64,000 nucleotides of DNA, taken from positions 2,790,001 to 2,854,000 of the forward strand of contig NEEC01000002.1 of the NCBI GenBank assembly GCA_002189035.1, in the 5' to 3' direction. Shown here piece after piece: positions 36,992-50,059 of the stretch. How positions within the stretch are numbered: the stretch's first letter is position 1; the number at the start of each line of letters is the position of its first letter. A model generated the notes under the pieces. It made no database searches and was not told where the DNA came from. It saw nothing but the letters and a program-made list of their open reading frames with translations. Origin of the DNA: Utricularia gibba (lineage: Eukaryota > Plantae > Magnoliophyta). Made by a program: the position numbers and the translations under genes.

Positions 36992-39611
36992 TGAAATCGT
37001 TTTCTCTGCTTACAAGTTATATGATGACTATTTTTCAACATCCTTTGTATTCGTAATACTATCAGTGAAGTTCTCAAGACATTGCTATGTCTATCCAAAT
37101 AAATCCTTTTGTTAGTGTCATTGTTTGTTTGTCTCCTATAGCATCAATTTGAGAGTTTTCCAAAAATAATTAAGAACATGTGTATTTATTCCTTGTACAC
37201 GAATGTGGTATGGTCTTATATTCAAGGATTGATATAATACCATACCTTGATTCTTATGAGTTTTTAAGTTTCGAAGGCCTATGGAATGTTAGGCTCATCT
37301 TCTAGTATTTCTCTTGAATTTGGTATATATGTCTTTCGTCCATTAGTAACTTTATGTTAGAATTCTTGAGACATTATAGTCCTTGAGTTATTTTTCTGTA
37401 AGGGCTTAATTTGTTATGTAGGAGTTTCATAGTTGCAGCCATCATTTTCTATATTGATGTTATTATGTTCAGTTGTCACTTATTGTTCTTGTAAGGGAAA
37501 TAGGTTCAGTATAGTATCGTCATAGATGTGCTCTTTTGTATCTAATGATGAGGAATTTCAATTGTAGATTCTGGTTTCATCTACTATAACATCGCATCTC
37601 AACTCCATTTCATTTGTTTGTGGTTTCAATACTCCGTAAACCTTATTAGTCTCACTACATTCGAAAAAAATTCCTTATTTAGATTGTTTATCCCACTTTG
37701 ATCTCTTCACGATCAAGATATAAATGTAGTAGGGTGAGTTGAATACTTTCCATGCTCTAGATTTGATGTTTTATTGTACTAAAGTTCATAAGGAGTTTTA
37801 TGATCCTTGTTTCCTTTGATAGAAATTCGATTAAGTACATAATATTGTTAGCGTCTTTTACCTAAAATTTCAAAGGTGTTTTTTGATAGAGTAGACATCT
37901 AGCAATATTTATTATAGTTCTGTTTTTTCATCCACGAATTCCGTTTTTTTCCGGTGATAAGGAGTCATGAATTGATGAGAAATACAATTCATCTCATAAT
38001 TGTATTTTAGATAAGTGGTTTTATACTAGATGTCGTTATCAGATCATAAAGTCAAGATCTTGCAATTACTTTAAGATTTTATGAGGGCTTTGAACACCTT
38101 AACGTAGTACAACAACTTAAACTTGTATTTCAAGAGATATATATTGGTATACTTCGAATACTAATCAACAAATATAACTTCGTATTTGTTACCAGCTCAG
38201 GTAGGAGAAGACATTTGACCATAGACATCATTGATAACATCTTCCAGTTTTTGCTGAGAAGGAATATTGTTAACAAGCAATGTTCTGTTCATTTTCCCTT
38301 GAAGACATACTTGAAAATTTCTTTCGTTTTAAATTATTTGAGGAATCTCTTTTATTAGGTTTTTCTTATTTAGTTGCACGAGTGAGGCATAATGACGATG
38401 ATCCAATCTTTGATATCAAATTTCTGATGTTTCTAAAGATTTGAGACAAATATTGCGATCAATAGAGGTTTAACTCAACTTTAGTGGAAAGATCCGGATA
38501 ATCATAGCTATTATAACAATGATATTATTATTTCCATCTAATATTCTACACTTATTATATTCCGGATAAATCTCGAGCTCTTTCTCAACTAACTGTCTTG
38601 CATTCAATAGGTTGTGAGAGTTGTAAATAGACTTTTACCATTGATTAGATGATGACTACATGCACTGTCAATCAACTAGGTACCTTGTTTTCTTATATCA
38701 ATGAATGATGTAATGAGAATGTTGTGACATAATAGGTGAGATTCATATCATTCATGGTCATTTTCAAAGAACTTACTTTGTCCACTTGATCTCAAAGCAA
38801 ACAATATATGTAATTGGCTTTAGGATTCCAAAAACATTGTGCAGATGAGTTTACATTTTGTTTATAGAATGGACATAGCTCATTGGAGCTTGCTCTTTTA
38901 GATTTTGTTTGAAATATTATTGGTCCGTTTGTTTATGGAGTTCCATAGTTTTTCTGCATTACAAATGCCATAAAGTCAAGATTCAAGTTTTCTCCATGAC
39001 CAACTCCCACTTTAGATTCACTAAGTCTTTCTAACAATTTTCTAGATGGTATAGAGTGTGACAGTTATTTAAAGGGTCATGACCTCTGGTGCGAATGAGT
39101 ATTTTTGACTCGATTCTTCAATCTTCCATAGGTTCTATCAAGGTATGCAGTTTAGTAATCACTTTGATTAGCATTTCTAAAAATTGGGAAATAATCATAC
39201 ATGGTGTAAATTTTAAGTTGTCAAACAACTCCCATTAACATTGAATACGATTTTCACGAGCTTCCACGTCTTTGCCATAAAGTTCTTTCAAATTTTGTCA
39301 AATGTCTTTAAGACTTTTTAAGTTTCATGACCCTATTGAACACATCTTCGAACAAAGTTTAATCCGAGGCGTACTTTGTTTTCTTCATTTGAGCATCTAT
39401 AAGTTTATTATTTTTTGTTGTTTATGTGGTTGAACTTGAGCCTGGAGGATCAACAACTAACCATATATTATTCATTTGCATATAACTTTTCATTTTGAAT
39501 GCCCGGGATGCATAACCTTGGCCATTTAAGATTGAAGGAGTTTGTTGCAGAGTATCCATTCTATAATGATAAGAAGATATGTAGAAGGTTTTTTGTGTGT
39601 ATAGATGCTAC

Positions 39612-39629
39612 TTCATGTTGGGTTCACCA
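39612..39629 (-). other. Primer-binding site of Copia B, tRNA-Trp type
   Basis: Minus strand TGGTGAACCCAACATGAA directly after the LTR CA. Two G>A changes at CpG positions relative to TGGTGAACCCGACGTGAA. Confidence 0.75.
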
Positions 39630-40042
39630 TGAAAGAGTTTTAATTGTTTGGGATTTTGAGAAATTTGCTTGGACAAAGGGATATTGAAAACTTTGTAGAA
39701 TATTGAATGTTATTCAAATGACAAAGATTATATTTTCTATTATTCAATCAGGAATTTATATAAAGAGAACATAATTGCCCATTGGATTTGTTAAAACTAG
39801 AAGTCGACTATTATTTCTTTTCCACTTTATGGAGTAGTCTTTGTCTTTGTCTATTGCGCTTGAATATATTGTAGGGCTATCTTTGTGGATTTTTGTAGAC
39901 TAAGCTGCTTAGATTATACTTTGGTTCAAGAGAACAAAATGTTTAGGTCCAAGGATAATGAGGCCTCTTTCATCACCTGAACGAAGGTTCCTTCTCCTAA
40001 AATGAGTAGAGACAATGTCACACCCTTTTTCATCCGTTAAAA
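39630..40042 (-). repeat. 5' LTR of Copia B, with a ~40-bp deletion near its start
   Basis: Aligns with 36094-36500; the right boundary is approximate. Confidence 0.72.
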
Positions 40043-40519
40043 ATTTAAGACTTATACTATGTCTTAGGCTAAGGTTGAGATGAGACTCAATTTTATAGGA
40101 ATTTGCATTTCATTATTCAACCTTATTCGACCCATGTACTTCATGTTTTTCAAAAGATATTTTTATAAATTCATGTAAATTATAAATATGAATATTAACC
40201 AAATAATGAATACAGACCTAATATGTATTCCCCATATAACTTGTATCATTCTAATTATTTTTTGTAAAAGACTATATTGTGCATGTAAAATAAACTACAA
40301 TTATTCAAAAATAAAAAAAAACATCTATAATTTAAAACCAAAATATCATATGTTATTTGAATCTTTTACATTCCTTCCATTACTATATATTCATATGTTC
40401 AATAAAAGAAATGAAATCAAAAGATATTGATAAATTTAATATAAAACTTAAAATTAATTAAAAATAATATTTCTAATTAATCATTAAAAATAATATTGCT
40501 AATAATATTGAAATCTTTG

Positions 40520-41551
40520 AATTCATGCAAACCAATAACGTGGACAAATAAGGGAGCTAACCACCTTGGCGGCAGTCAAATTCATGTAGTCAAAACCATT
40601 TTCTAATAGATTGACCTTAGGTTCAAATTATGATTGTATGAATGAAGGATTTTTTCGCTACAGAAAACCCACCCTTCTGAATTTCAATAAGTTAACAATT
40701 TGTGGACAGATTGTTTGACACCTCTGCCATCTTCAAGCCCTTCCATTCTTGCTTTAGGTTTGTGATTGGCAACTCGTGAGTGAGTTCCTCGCCCTTGAAT
40801 TCCAGCTGTAATTGATTCCACATTCTTTTTTGCTGTCCAACAAGATATCATCTGAGGAATGATAGAACGATCCAAGCCATATAGGATAACAACGTTGGCA
40901 AATGGCAGCTTCCTTTTTGGCCAAGAGTTCCTCATATCTTGGTTGGGCAATAGTGCTGTATGTGGCCAGTTATGGGAAGGGTGCATCGGTTTCATATGCA
41001 GCACTCACACTGCATAATCGGCATTGTCGAACTTCCCTACGGCTCCTAAAGCTGTAGCATCCATTGATGGGTATACGAGTCGGTGCGTTGCTGGAAGAAT
41101 CTCGCTGTGATACCAATTTTTGGAATGGAAAGAATGATGATTTTAATTGATGTAGCACTAATCCAGCAATATTCTGGAGTTTTGAAATGCACTGCAAAGA
41201 ACTGATGTGCACTCTAAAAATTGATGGAATGAAACAATGCACGAATGAAGAGAAAAGTGCAATAATAACCGCAGAGGAAAACTTCTAGAACAAAGGTGAA
41301 ATTCTACACAAAAACCAAAGTGATAGCAGCTTATTTATAATAGAATTAGAACCAAACTAATACGAAATAATGAGATCTAACAGAGTCAATGAGTCATAGG
41401 TAGACTGGGTGTTGATAATCTTCAACAACTTCCATCAATCCGATCATTGTATTTAACATTGGGCAAAGAACGGGAACGTTCTTGTCACTGCTAAACTATT
41501 AGAACACAATGAACTGAAAGTTGCAAATAGTCAAGAATTCCACTTCTAACA
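40520..41551 (-). mobile_element. Truncated Ty1/copia (element C): 5' LTR ~41121-41551, Met-type PBS, partial gag
   Basis: PBS TGGTATCACAGC (plus 41104-41115, one mismatch to the iMet PBS). Gag GKFDNADYAV*VLHMK and LYGLDRSIIPQMISCWTAK. Putative LTR start TGTTAGAAG at 41551. No second LTR was found, so the LTR bounds are approximate. Confidence 0.65.
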
Positions 41552-41627
41552 CATTGCACAAATAGAACCAGCCACATGCAAATGTCCAGTGGTCTGATAT
41601 CCCAATACGAATACATATGTAGGGTTC

Positions 41628-43528
41628 TTAAGATTGACAACCTACAATGCCAGCAGCAATACCGCTAGCTTCCTCAATTATTCTAAGCATGTGATGCACG
41701 GCTGCGGCAATGGTGTCCGCCGAGTTCAATTGGCACCCTTCTTCCACCTGTGACAAAAGCAACGAAAAGGTGCAGTTTTTTTAAAGATTAGATGCGAAGA
41801 AAACTAACAAATAATTGTTTTCCTTCTTTTTACTCACAACCCACCTCTACGCTACATCTAAAAACCCTGAAGATTGGATCTTTACTGGGAAAGGAGAATG
41901 CCCAGAAAACTGTATAGACCACCTCTACTAAATCCTAAATATTGGATCTTTCATGACAAGAAAGAATATCGTGATGTAACCCAACTCCACGAGAAACCAT
42001 AAAGATTCCATGATTAACGACAAGAGGGAATATCCAGAAAAGCGTAGGGGAGAAAACCCCATTTTTTTGAACAGATGGATGCTCATGAGAGAGAGGGATA
42101 AAATAAAATCAAACTGGTCAACAAAGAGTGAAAAAATGTATTTTTACATATAAAACTAATCAACACTCAACATTGAAGTGTGTGCTACTGTATGGGAAAA
42201 AAAAGATGGATTCTTTAGATGGATATGTCATTTTCCACAGTACCCAGGTTTCCCCATAGTCATCTGCGCCAAACTCCCCGTTCCCTAAACTTCATCTCAG
42301 ATCTACTAACTTTCCGGCGAGAGCCACCGGAATACATAATATAAACAATAGAAAGAATGATAATGTGATTCTGTTTTTATGGTTACCTTTGCGCTGATGG
42401 AGTACAATGCCACACACTCCACAGTGGTAACATTGAGATGCAGAACAGAGAGGGAAACTGCGTGGAACGCAAGCACGAGCTTTGAAAGCTGACGAATTCG
42501 CCGCCGTGAAAGGACTCTGACGTTGGCGTGGGTTTCGATTAACGTGACCTCGATATCGGCGACCGTAGCTTTGCTTTGAGAGGTGTGTTTGTTGTTACCC
42601 AGTTGACTGAATTGCGGGTACATGAAGAATTGTGCGAATGGGCCTCCATCGCCGCCGTCCACCGAGGGTTCACCATTGCTCCGACCGGCGGAGAATTTTT
42701 TAGCTTCGAGGGATTGAAGGATGTGCTCCAGTTCCTTCACGAAATCGATGGCGCCCCCGACAACCGAAGCCTGGTCCCCCTACAAGAAATTCTCAGGCTT
42801 TCACAACTTCGAAATTGACAGTAACAGATCTCTGAATATGCTGCGTCCCCACCTCACTTTCTTATTACCACAAAGACTAAGAAAAATGAGAGCTCGGTGA
42901 GGAGATCGGAGGAAAGATTTGATCTGTAACGTTTGTCCAAATAGAAGGCTTTGAAAAAATGTACCAGATTTTACAAAATTCAATCTTTTTCTCTTTTCAG
43001 GCAAAGAAGAGCAATCATCAGACAGAATGCGGGTTTCTTGGAAGCATCAGTTAGCCAAAGCCCCTGGAATTTAATGCTTAAAAAACAATTGCAAAAAAGA
43101 AGGGAACAGTGTGGCTGCAATTGCAAAGAAGAACAGCAAGTTCACAATCTGGGTTCCCCTGAGAGCAATCATTGTGAATTTAATGCTTCAAAAATCAAAA
43201 CATTACTCACCCTCTGAGCGTACGATTCAGGCATAAGGGAACGGAGCACAGACAGATGCTCATTCATTTGCTTCCGCCGGTTTCTCTCAACAGCAATGTG
43301 GGTCATCCTCTGCGTCTCCGCCTCCTCCTTATTCTTACAAATTTTAGGTCGCCGCCTCCTCTTTTTCCTACCTGGGACTGGATCCGCCAGCTGCTGCTGC
43401 TGCGGCGGCGGCGTTGGTGGCAGTGGATGATGAATGCTAGTGTCGTTATTTAGAAGCTCGGGTGGGAGATTGGCATCATAGATAATGTAGTTGAAGAGCT
43501 CAGCAGAGGGGAGAGCTTCAAGCGCCAT
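41628..43528 (-). CDS. bHLH71: bHLH subgroup Ia transcription factor, bHLH71-like; exons 43528-43211, 42779-42387, 41747-41628
   Basis: Spliced 831 nt. [100 protein letters not shown]. Confidence 0.9.
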
Positions 43529-43767
43529 GGAAAAGGAAGAGCGTGTTTACAGAAGAAGAAACGAAGGTGAAGAAAGCAAGTATTGACTTGGGGAGATCAT
43601 AAAGGCAACAATCATGGGCTGGAGTTGTCTTGTTGTTGTTAAACTTTTCAGAGAAGAAGAAGAGTTGACGAGGGAGAGGGCCTGAACCTGAGGCCGAAGG
43701 GCGTAGCTTTTTCCCTTTCTTTTCCCAACTTTTTCCTTTGCACAAAGGCCAACAGCCACAGAGATGA

Positions 43768-43798
43768 ATGGATGGATGGATGGATGGATGGATGGATG
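43768..43798. repeat. (ATGG)7 microsatellite, probably in the bHLH71 5' UTR
   Basis: Read directly; lies between a TATATA at ~43861-43867 and the ATG at 43528. Confidence 0.85.
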
Positions 43799-46700
43799 CT
43801 GCTGGTGTACTGCACCCTCGCTGCCACACCGCATCTTATCACGCCCCAATCATGCATGGCATATATACGATCCTCGTGTTCGGAGTTTGACCCATTGATG
43901 ATCCTGAGCCCTTCTTACACCCCACGACACGCTTTGGCACATGGCACCAACCTTTTTTAATGCCACGTGGCATTCCAATTCTCCCTCCCCACATTTGTAA
44001 CTAAAACTATTTAACACGTGATTTTAATAAAAATTGATACATGTTTTGGAATTGATTTTTCGGAAATGGTTCTTATACAATTGATTCATGTGTAAAATAT
44101 AAAAATAAGAAATAATATTTATAAATAAATAATATATTTCTTCATATTTATCAATAGCCATATTCTTATAAATCATGTATATTGTAAAACAATTTATAAG
44201 TATACTAATTATAGGTTATATTATCATTATAGTTTAAATATGTTTGCATTAAAATATTAATTTAAAAATTAAAGTATTTTAATAGTTTATTTAGATAAAG
44301 GAAAAGCATTATTAAAATATAAATACTTATTGCTATAATTATAAATTTAAAAATTAATCAGTGTTCTGGGAAATGTTTAGCACATATATATATTTTTTGC
44401 AGAAATAAAAAACGTTTTGTTGCAGAACAATTTTAATTTCAAAATTAAATTTTGACTTTGAATTGTAAAAATTATTTTTAGAAAAGTAACAAATTGCTTA
44501 TTTCTATTTTTTTGCGTGAAAATTCCAAAAGTATTTTTCATCTCCTCTTTCCAATAAATACGTTCAAAACAGATTTTTAAGAATATTTAAAATTATTTTC
44601 AATTTAAAATAAAAAGTTAAATGAATAAACTACCTCAAGAATATTCAAAATAATTCTGCACAAAACATGTACTCAAAATTATTTCTACATCTAATTTTAC
44701 AATTTTTCACAGCATATACAATCTACTTTCAATTCTGTGAATTATTTTTGTTTTTCAAAACACTGTTTATAATAATCTATTCTAAAAAGTCATTCCCAAA
44801 AGAGACTCTACCTTTAGATGCTTATGATACAGTTGATTGATTCTAAAAAAATTATGTCACGTCAAATGATATTTGTTTGAATTGAAACGGCTATTTTGAA
44901 AGCAATAATTGATTTTCCAAACATTGTTGTTAGAAACTATTACGGGGCATGTTGTTCCGAATAAGCACGTGGACAAGTGCCTGAGGGTGGGGAGGTCCGG
45001 GTCCCACATGGATTTTGGAAGCATGGAAAAAGAACGAGGGAGCAAGCTGTCCGTCCGTCGGGTTACATGCAGCTTCTGTTCCCCGTTTTTTGCACTTTCG
45101 CCCCTCAACTTCCACCATATTCCACCCCCTCCCCCCAGGAGCCGACGTGGCTTACAACATTTAGTAACGGAATAAGTAAAATATTTTTTAAAAAAATAGT
45201 TGGATATCATCCACAGCAGCGAACTCGGGCCCTCCCCAATTTAAAAAAACAAACCAATTCACTTTTTACGCACAAAAAGGGAAAAAAAACTATTTACCAA
45301 TTGTTGTGGGCCCCACCGAAGCAATTCGATTGGCACATTTATCTGTTTTTTTTTACCGCGGGGTAAAAAATATATGTATTCACGCGGTGGGAACGATGCT
45401 CAGATTCATTGCAGTTGGAAAAGAAAGAAACCCATCACATCGGCTGCTGTTTCATGGATTTCCGCCGTGGGACTCGGAATTTGTGATACCGCGAACAAAA
45501 CCAAACCCATGAATTACAAACTTTGGAAAATCATTATGAGAATTCACTTATAAAATGTGCAGAAGGTAAAAGCGTAGAATTAAATCAAGCACTTAAGTCT
45601 CACAGACACATTCATCTTTTTAACATCACCGCACAATTCATTCCTTTTCAAAATTACCTCATAATTCATAAATTTATAAAATGATCACCTGTCCACGTCA
45701 ACCACATGGTCGTTTGTGGTTTGCAATAAACTCTGTTGGCCGAACATAGGATTGTGTTGGTGTAATAATGGAGTTGGCTTCCAGTTCAAATCATAACTCC
45801 AGCCTTGCACTCCATACAACTGCCGTGTTCCTTCACCTGGAATAACAATCACAGGGATCGTCCTACCTTTTTAGTAAAATAATCCATTGCAAAATAAGTA
45901 AATAAATATATATACATATATATTGCAAAATAATCCTACTTTTTATGTATACAATACAAAATATATTTCATCACATAACAAAAATCAACTAATTGTGTTC
46001 ACACGAATATGCATATATAATTCAAATACAAATGTAGTACATCAATTGAAAATTTTATTAAGTAAGATATCAACAAACCAAATATATGTATAAGTTACTG
46101 GAGATGATAGAATTCAAAAAAAATTACAAATTTGAAGCTTGTAGTCAAATTAAAATTTTAATGAATGTTGTACTAAATGGTCATGATACATAAACGATAT
46201 TCATATATATTTTCAATTTTTTCTTTTAGATATAGAGATGAGACTTATATAAAAATGGTGTCTATATATTTTGCAGTTATTCTTATACGAACGTCCATCA
46301 TGCATCCATATGCATATAGATCCATAAGATGTCCGCAAAAAAGTCACACGAGCATCGATTATGTAAAAACTGTCTATATGACTGAGAGTTTATTGAATTT
46401 TTTAAGATTTAAAGTTTAGAATAAGGGTATATAGCAAAACATAGGATATATCAAAATAACGGATACCGCAACCGACGTGTGGGACACGATCCCTCGAGCA
46501 TTAAATGCGTCCGAGGAATGTAATCTTAGCACATGAATTGTCCAAGGCTCCTTCCTCCGTGCGTGCACAGTTTTTGAGAATAATGACCATCAAACTTCCT
46601 CGTATTTCATAAATGATTATCTTATCAATTACTTCAGAATAACGTCAATCTCAAATATAACTTTTAAAATAAATAGTTTTATCTAAATTTCAAAAATTAG

Positions 46701-47343
46701 ATAATTCATTTATGATAAATTCTATATTTTTTGTATTTTTTATTCATATTTTTCAAAATAGTAATACATTAATTATGTTTTGTATTTAATTCAAAAAAAT
46801 TCTTATAAAATAGATAAATTCTAATCTTAGATTATATCAATTTATTTTGAAAATTGATATAAAATATGAAGTTTGTCATTCACGAATTTATCTAATTTTT
46901 AAATTTAGTTAAAATACTTTTATATTAAAAATTTATATTTTATATGATCATTTATTAAAAAAATTAAGAGAATAACTATGTTTTTATATATTACCAAGAG
47001 AAATGATTATTATTCAAAATAAATGATGAAATAGTTAGAGGGGTGCCACTAAGGGAGGCTTCAGACTCCTACCGGTCAGTATCCATCCTCTGGAGGACTG
47101 TATCATTGATTGGCTTAGGATCCAGGAGCTTCCACAGTCCTCCATAAGAGAATAATGTTGAAGATGCTCGCTGTGTCCAGTTGCTGCTGATACTCTCAAA
47201 TCCATCACCCACTTGCAACAAAACATGGCCCATAGAGTTTTTTTGTTTTTTTTTTTGTTGAATGATTGATTGGACTGGACAGATGTGCTTAAAGGGAGGA
47301 AGCTGGTGTGGTCTGAGATGATGCTTGTTCTCTAGATCCATCA

Positions 47344-49199
47344 TCAGGAAACGAGTACTGTGACCAATATGAGAAGGATAACGCCCAAAAAGAGTACCAA
47401 GCATGCCTGCAAAGGGAGAAATAGGGGAAACCCAATGATCAGTCATCAATGCCAACACTCGTAGTAGCAGCAGTTTCAATCGAATATGGAGGAAATCAGA
47501 AACAGCAAACACCATGTGACTAGAGGTTAAGGATATAGTGGTGTGTGTGTGTGTATGTGGGGTTCTTGTCTAAAAAACCAGTTATGCGACCTTGTCCTTC
47601 TTTAGATGCAAACAAAATGGATAATTGATATCACGAGACGAAGCAGACTATTGAGTATAAGGTTGAAGAGCATCATTGAAGAGGGAACAGTGGGGTGTGG
47701 TGTGGACAAATAACTCACCAGAGAAGCATTTGATTTCTGGGACTTTGCAGCTTTGACAAGTTGGGAGTTCGCTTCAGAAATTGATGCATGAGTGCGACTT
47801 ACGTTGGATTGAATAGTATCTGTGACAAAATGGTGGTATTGGGTGTCAAGACTTGACATACAGGATGCTGGATTTTACATTCTTAGGAAAAGTTACCGAT
47901 TACGGTTCCTTGCTCATGAACCAATACAGCAAGGTCTTTGAAAATCTCATGAACTTCTCCAATTTGATGCTGTATTTCTTGTATTCCCTCCTCTCTTTCC
48001 TCAATCAGGGCTTCATTGAAAGTAATGTCGTTGTCTAAATGCAAAACCACCTCCCTACAACATGAGGCAGTATCAATAATCGTTAAATAGATTCATCAGT
48101 CGCATACAGCTTCCCAGCTAAAACTCATTCACAAAGCCAAATATACCTTCTAGTTTCCATATCAAGTGCTTGCTGAACTTGGCCATTGTCTCCGATTGCC
48201 TGGATATCACCATCTATGCAGCTGCAGGGATATCATACTTGAAGAATGAGAAAAAAAGGGCGATTCTGATACAATCTGGCAAACGATATGCATCCCGCTG
48301 CTTATATACATTAATAGTTTTTCAAAGCATAATGCCACACATTCTACGGATGGAAGAACAGCAAACTCACTCGGATAGAAGAACAGCTCGTTCCACAACA
48401 GGAATGCAAGCTATTTCCTTCCCGGCAGCAAACCGTTGTAGTTTCTGATATTCGTTCAGAACAGCTTGAAAGTCTTTAGTAAGTTTAGCAGCCTTAATTT
48501 TTTGGCTTGCCTGAAAGAAAAAGGAATCTAACATTACAACAGCACAACATAACTCAACAAGGAGTAAAATACTAATCATGCTCTTTCATATTCCCAAAAC
48601 TGAATAAAATTACACACATTCACATGAATTCTCCTAAAAGAATAAAGCCGCCAGCACCGGGAAGAAAAACATTGGTACCACAAATAGCTTGTAAATAAGT
48701 TGGCACTGGCGACATACACTGAGTTCATCCTGATGGCCTGTTTCACTTGCTTGCTTAAGCTTATCTGAAGTACGCTTAACCAGCTGACGAATATGGACAC
48801 GAGTATCGTTCCTGGATTTTACAAGAACCAGAATATCAATATATTAGTCACAGTCCCAGAAAAACAAAAATAACAATCCCATCAATATCTTTTTCCAAAT
48901 GTTGGAATGTAACCAAGGATTATCGGATTCTATATTGAATATCCATTTTGGTTTAGATTTAAGAACAAATATTCCATCGCGAAAAAAAAAATCTCTAAGA
49001 CAATGAGCACTCACAGTTTATGACGGAACTCGGGCGTGTCCTTGGGTGTACCCAGAGTTTTAAGTAGTCTCTGAAACGTGGAAAGAGCGGTGTTAATCTG
49101 AAACACTCCAGAGGCAATGGCCTGCGTAGTATCCATTGATCCATTCCTTATCCTTCTGGGTTCAATCCTATAACCGGCTTCTAGATCTTGGAAACTCAT
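47344..49199 (-). CDS. SYP22: Syntaxin, SYP2 family (SYP22/VAM3-like); exons 49199-49015, 48811-48718, 48510-48371, 48221-48147, 48054-47897, 47819-47719, 47406-47344
   Basis: Spliced 816 nt. [40 protein letters not shown] motif [39 protein letters not shown]-terminal [22 protein letters not shown]. The exact SYP2 paralog is unresolved. Confidence 0.9.
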
Positions 49200-50059
49200 C
49201 GCTCCAACAATTCAAACCAATACACAAACCCCTCTAAAACCATCTAAATTCGGATTCTAAAACAGAAAACAAAATCCGACAGATCACTGTATACACACCT
49301 GAAACAAAGAAATCAAAAGTTCTCTCAGAAATAAAACCTCTGGAGAGAAACTGAGTCCAAGATTGCAGTCAATGGTGGAAGACGGAGAATCCGCAACTCC
49401 AACTACCTGGAGAAGTCAACATAATAACGGCCCGGTCAAAATCGGTCAAATAGCACGTTGGTTGCTGGATTGGATATGTCATTAGTACGAATATGGATAT
49501 GAAAATATGAATATTATAAATTTAAAAGTATATACATTTATTTAAATTTATCATTATTATGTTATTAATAAAAAAATAAAGCCTTATTAAACATTAATAA
49601 TTAATAAATTAGATAAAATATACTTAATTAAAAATTAATCCTAAAATTTTACTTACAATCATTTTTGTAAAAACGATTTAATATTTTTAAATTTTTTTTA
49701 ATAATAATGACATATCGGGACGTACATGTGTATCGAATATATATTCATACACCCAAAGCACAAAACATTGATGCTTTTGTAAATAATTTACCTATAATTA
49801 AAATAATATATTATTCACATCACCATTTAAAAATCAGATTCCAATAAAATTACAACATTAATAAAAATAGTAATTAAATTTTTAAGACGCGCTATTTTTC
49901 TCAGTTTTTGCACAAAAAAAAAAAAAAACATAAAAATAGATTGAATCTGCAAAGAGCAAGCAGTCACAGGAATTGATGAAGCTACAAAGGTGTTTCGCCA
50001 TCTTCAAAAGCCTCCCTTCGAACTCACGCTAGTTTCTTCGACATGGGTTTGCCGGCCCT

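Larger units (their letters stand above)
36094..40042 (-). mobile_element. Highly decayed, internally deleted Ty1/copia element (element B)
   Basis: Direct repeats at 36094-36543 and 39630-~40042 (LTRs), PBS 39612-39629, PPT TTCATTAGGGAGGAA (plus 36544-36558). Gag remnant NLKELYGKD..FDNLKF near 39050-39450, integrase KLEDVINDVYGQM..GNKYEVIFVD*YSKYT near 38080-38250, RNase H end LYFIREM. Possible target duplication ACTTA (36089-36093) / ATTTA (40043-40047). Confidence 0.85.

Noticed and set aside
47602-47859. Syntaxin read-through ORF suggesting loss or replacement of the transmembrane exon
   Set aside because: A canonical TM exon with a strong acceptor exists at 47406-47344.
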